A program made the position numbers and the translations under genes. DNA of 63,984 nucleotides, filler included, from an uncultured bacterium (GTDB lineage Bacteria; CAYJOG01), in assembly GCA_964371695.1 (NCBI GenBank). It is 9 parts of 9 records of this genome, joined end to end, with 100 filler letters (N's around TTAATTAATTAA, not from the genome) between each part and the next. Parts side by side here need not be neighbours in the genome. Positions count along the whole stretch, not along the records: positions 59,388 to 63,984 come from CAYJOG010000277.1; 8 more parts are not named here. One strand, written 5' to 3'. The notes below the pieces were generated by a model. The model was not told the origin of the DNA. It ran no database searches and saw nothing but the letters and a program-made list of their open reading frames with translations. This document shows, piece after piece, positions 63,025-63,984 of this stretch. Position 1 is the stretch's first letter. Every line of letters starts with the position of its first letter.

Positions 63025-63897
63025 ATGGTAAAACCGGGGACCGTGAATAACCCCGCTCGTCTTGTGGTTTTTTCAGGCGCTCTGACTGTTTTGTGTCTGG
63101 CCGCCCCGGCAAGGGCCAGCGCACCCCCCCGGCGCATCTGCAGCGCGGTGCAGGCCGCCGATGAAATCCTGCTGGACCTCGTGCCCATGCAGCGCATCGT
63201 GTGTGTGAACGAATGGGTGGACAAAACCGCCGAGACCAAAGGCCGTTTCCCGGCCCGCATCACCCGCATCCACAGCAGCGTGGAAAAGGTGCTGGCGGCC
63301 CGGCCTGATCTGGTGATCGCCCCGCCCTTCCAGTTTGGTCTGGCGTTCATTCAGTCGCTCAAAAAGGCCCGGCTGCCGGTGGTGTCTTATGGTTACTGGA
63401 AGAGCTTCGCCGACATCGCCAGCGGCATCACCACGCTGGGCAAACTGGTGGGTGAAGAAAAAAAGGCCGCCCTGCTGCGGCGCAGGTTTGACCAGGAACT
63501 GGCGATGATTTCGCGCCGGGCCGCCTGCGAAAAAACCCGCCCCTGGGTGCTGGATTATTCCGGCGGCTGGTCGCCGGGGGCGGACACCACGCTGAACGAC
63601 CTCATCACCGCCGCCGGGGGACGCAACGCCGGGGCCGCCATGGGGCTGAAGGGCTGGGTGGAGGTGTCCATGGAAAAAGTGCTGCGGCAAGACCCCGACG
63701 TGATTTTCACGGGAGACGCCGCCGCCCGCGAACTGGCGGCCACGCCGCTGCTCAAAAGCACGCGGGCTTATCGCACCGGGCGGTTTTACAGCCTTCAGGG
63801 CGCGCCGGTGGGCAGCATTTCACCCAGCGTGTTGAGGGCGGTGCGGGCGCTGGCGGTGAAGCTGCACCCGAAGTGTTTCGGGAAAGGCGCGAAGTAG
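63025..63897 (+). CDS. BtuF-like ABC substrate-binding protein (cobalamin/Fe-siderophore)
   Basis: PRRICS...DEILLDL, EKVLAARPDLV, ITAAGGRN, EKVLRQDPDVI. Confidence 0.88.
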   Translation: MVKPGTVNNPARLVVFSGALTVLCLAAPARASAPPRRICSAVQAADEILLDLVPMQRIVCVNEWVDKTAETKGRFPARITRIHSSVEKVLAARPDLVIAPPFQFGLAFIQSLKKARLPVVSYGYWKSFADIASGITTLGKLVGEEKKAALLRRRFDQELAMISRRAACEKTRPWVLDYSGGWSPGADTTLNDLITAAGGRNAGAAMGLKGWVEVSMEKVLRQDPDVIFTGDAAARELAATPLLKSTRAYRTGRFYSLQGAPVGSISPSVLRAVRALAVKLHPKCFGKGAK

Positions 63898-63984
63898 ACG
63901 CGACGCCCATCGCTGCTAACTTTGCAATCGGCTGGTTTGAATGAAGGAACGGTGGTGGCCACCATTGCCCTCTCCCTCAGGGAG

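Noticed and set aside
14917..63897. Genome-wide reassignment of TAG to a sense codon
   Set aside because: lysS, rnhB, the hybrid kinase, both GT4s, the BtuF-like gene and others end at TAG at natural-looking C-termini

Overview
This window is not one locus. It is nine contigs or contig pieces (the seven complete ones are ~7.1-7.4 kb) from a GC-rich bacterial draft genome or MAG, joined by artificial 100-nt N/TTAATTAATTAA/N spacers, so gene order is only meaningful within a contig. Most of the content is housekeeping or envelope genes: a HIT-phoH-7TM/HD-ybeY-dgkA-corC operon, nitrilase+nadE, tRNA-Pro(CGG), gatCAB, lysS, pilT, HU, clpB, rnhB, queD, mazG, a TolC/adaptor/CusA-CzcA efflux system, two radical SAM enzymes, a hybrid kinase, an MCP, an SLH/beta-barrel protein and several orphan secreted proteins. 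The SLH-barrel protein and TolC suggest a diderm cell. No CRISPR array, rRNA or prophage is visible. The most notable signals are: (1) a family of 150-180 bp five-hairpin MITE-like elements with divergent sequence, conserved structure and CsrB-like GGA loops, one of which is inserted with a TGA duplication into a RelE/HigB-type toxin gene; (2) two otherwise intact genes each interrupted by a single in-frame TAG; (3) a secreted SH3-FecR protein split at an A9 tract; (4) a -10 box directly upstream of many start codons, suggesting leaderless genes; (5) nested REP/REPIN mosaics; (6) a Tes/MJ0619-like radical SAM protein lacking its C-terminal cysteines. Local signs of poor base calling mean the single-base anomalies need read-level confirmation. 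All family calls come from motif recognition, not database searches.
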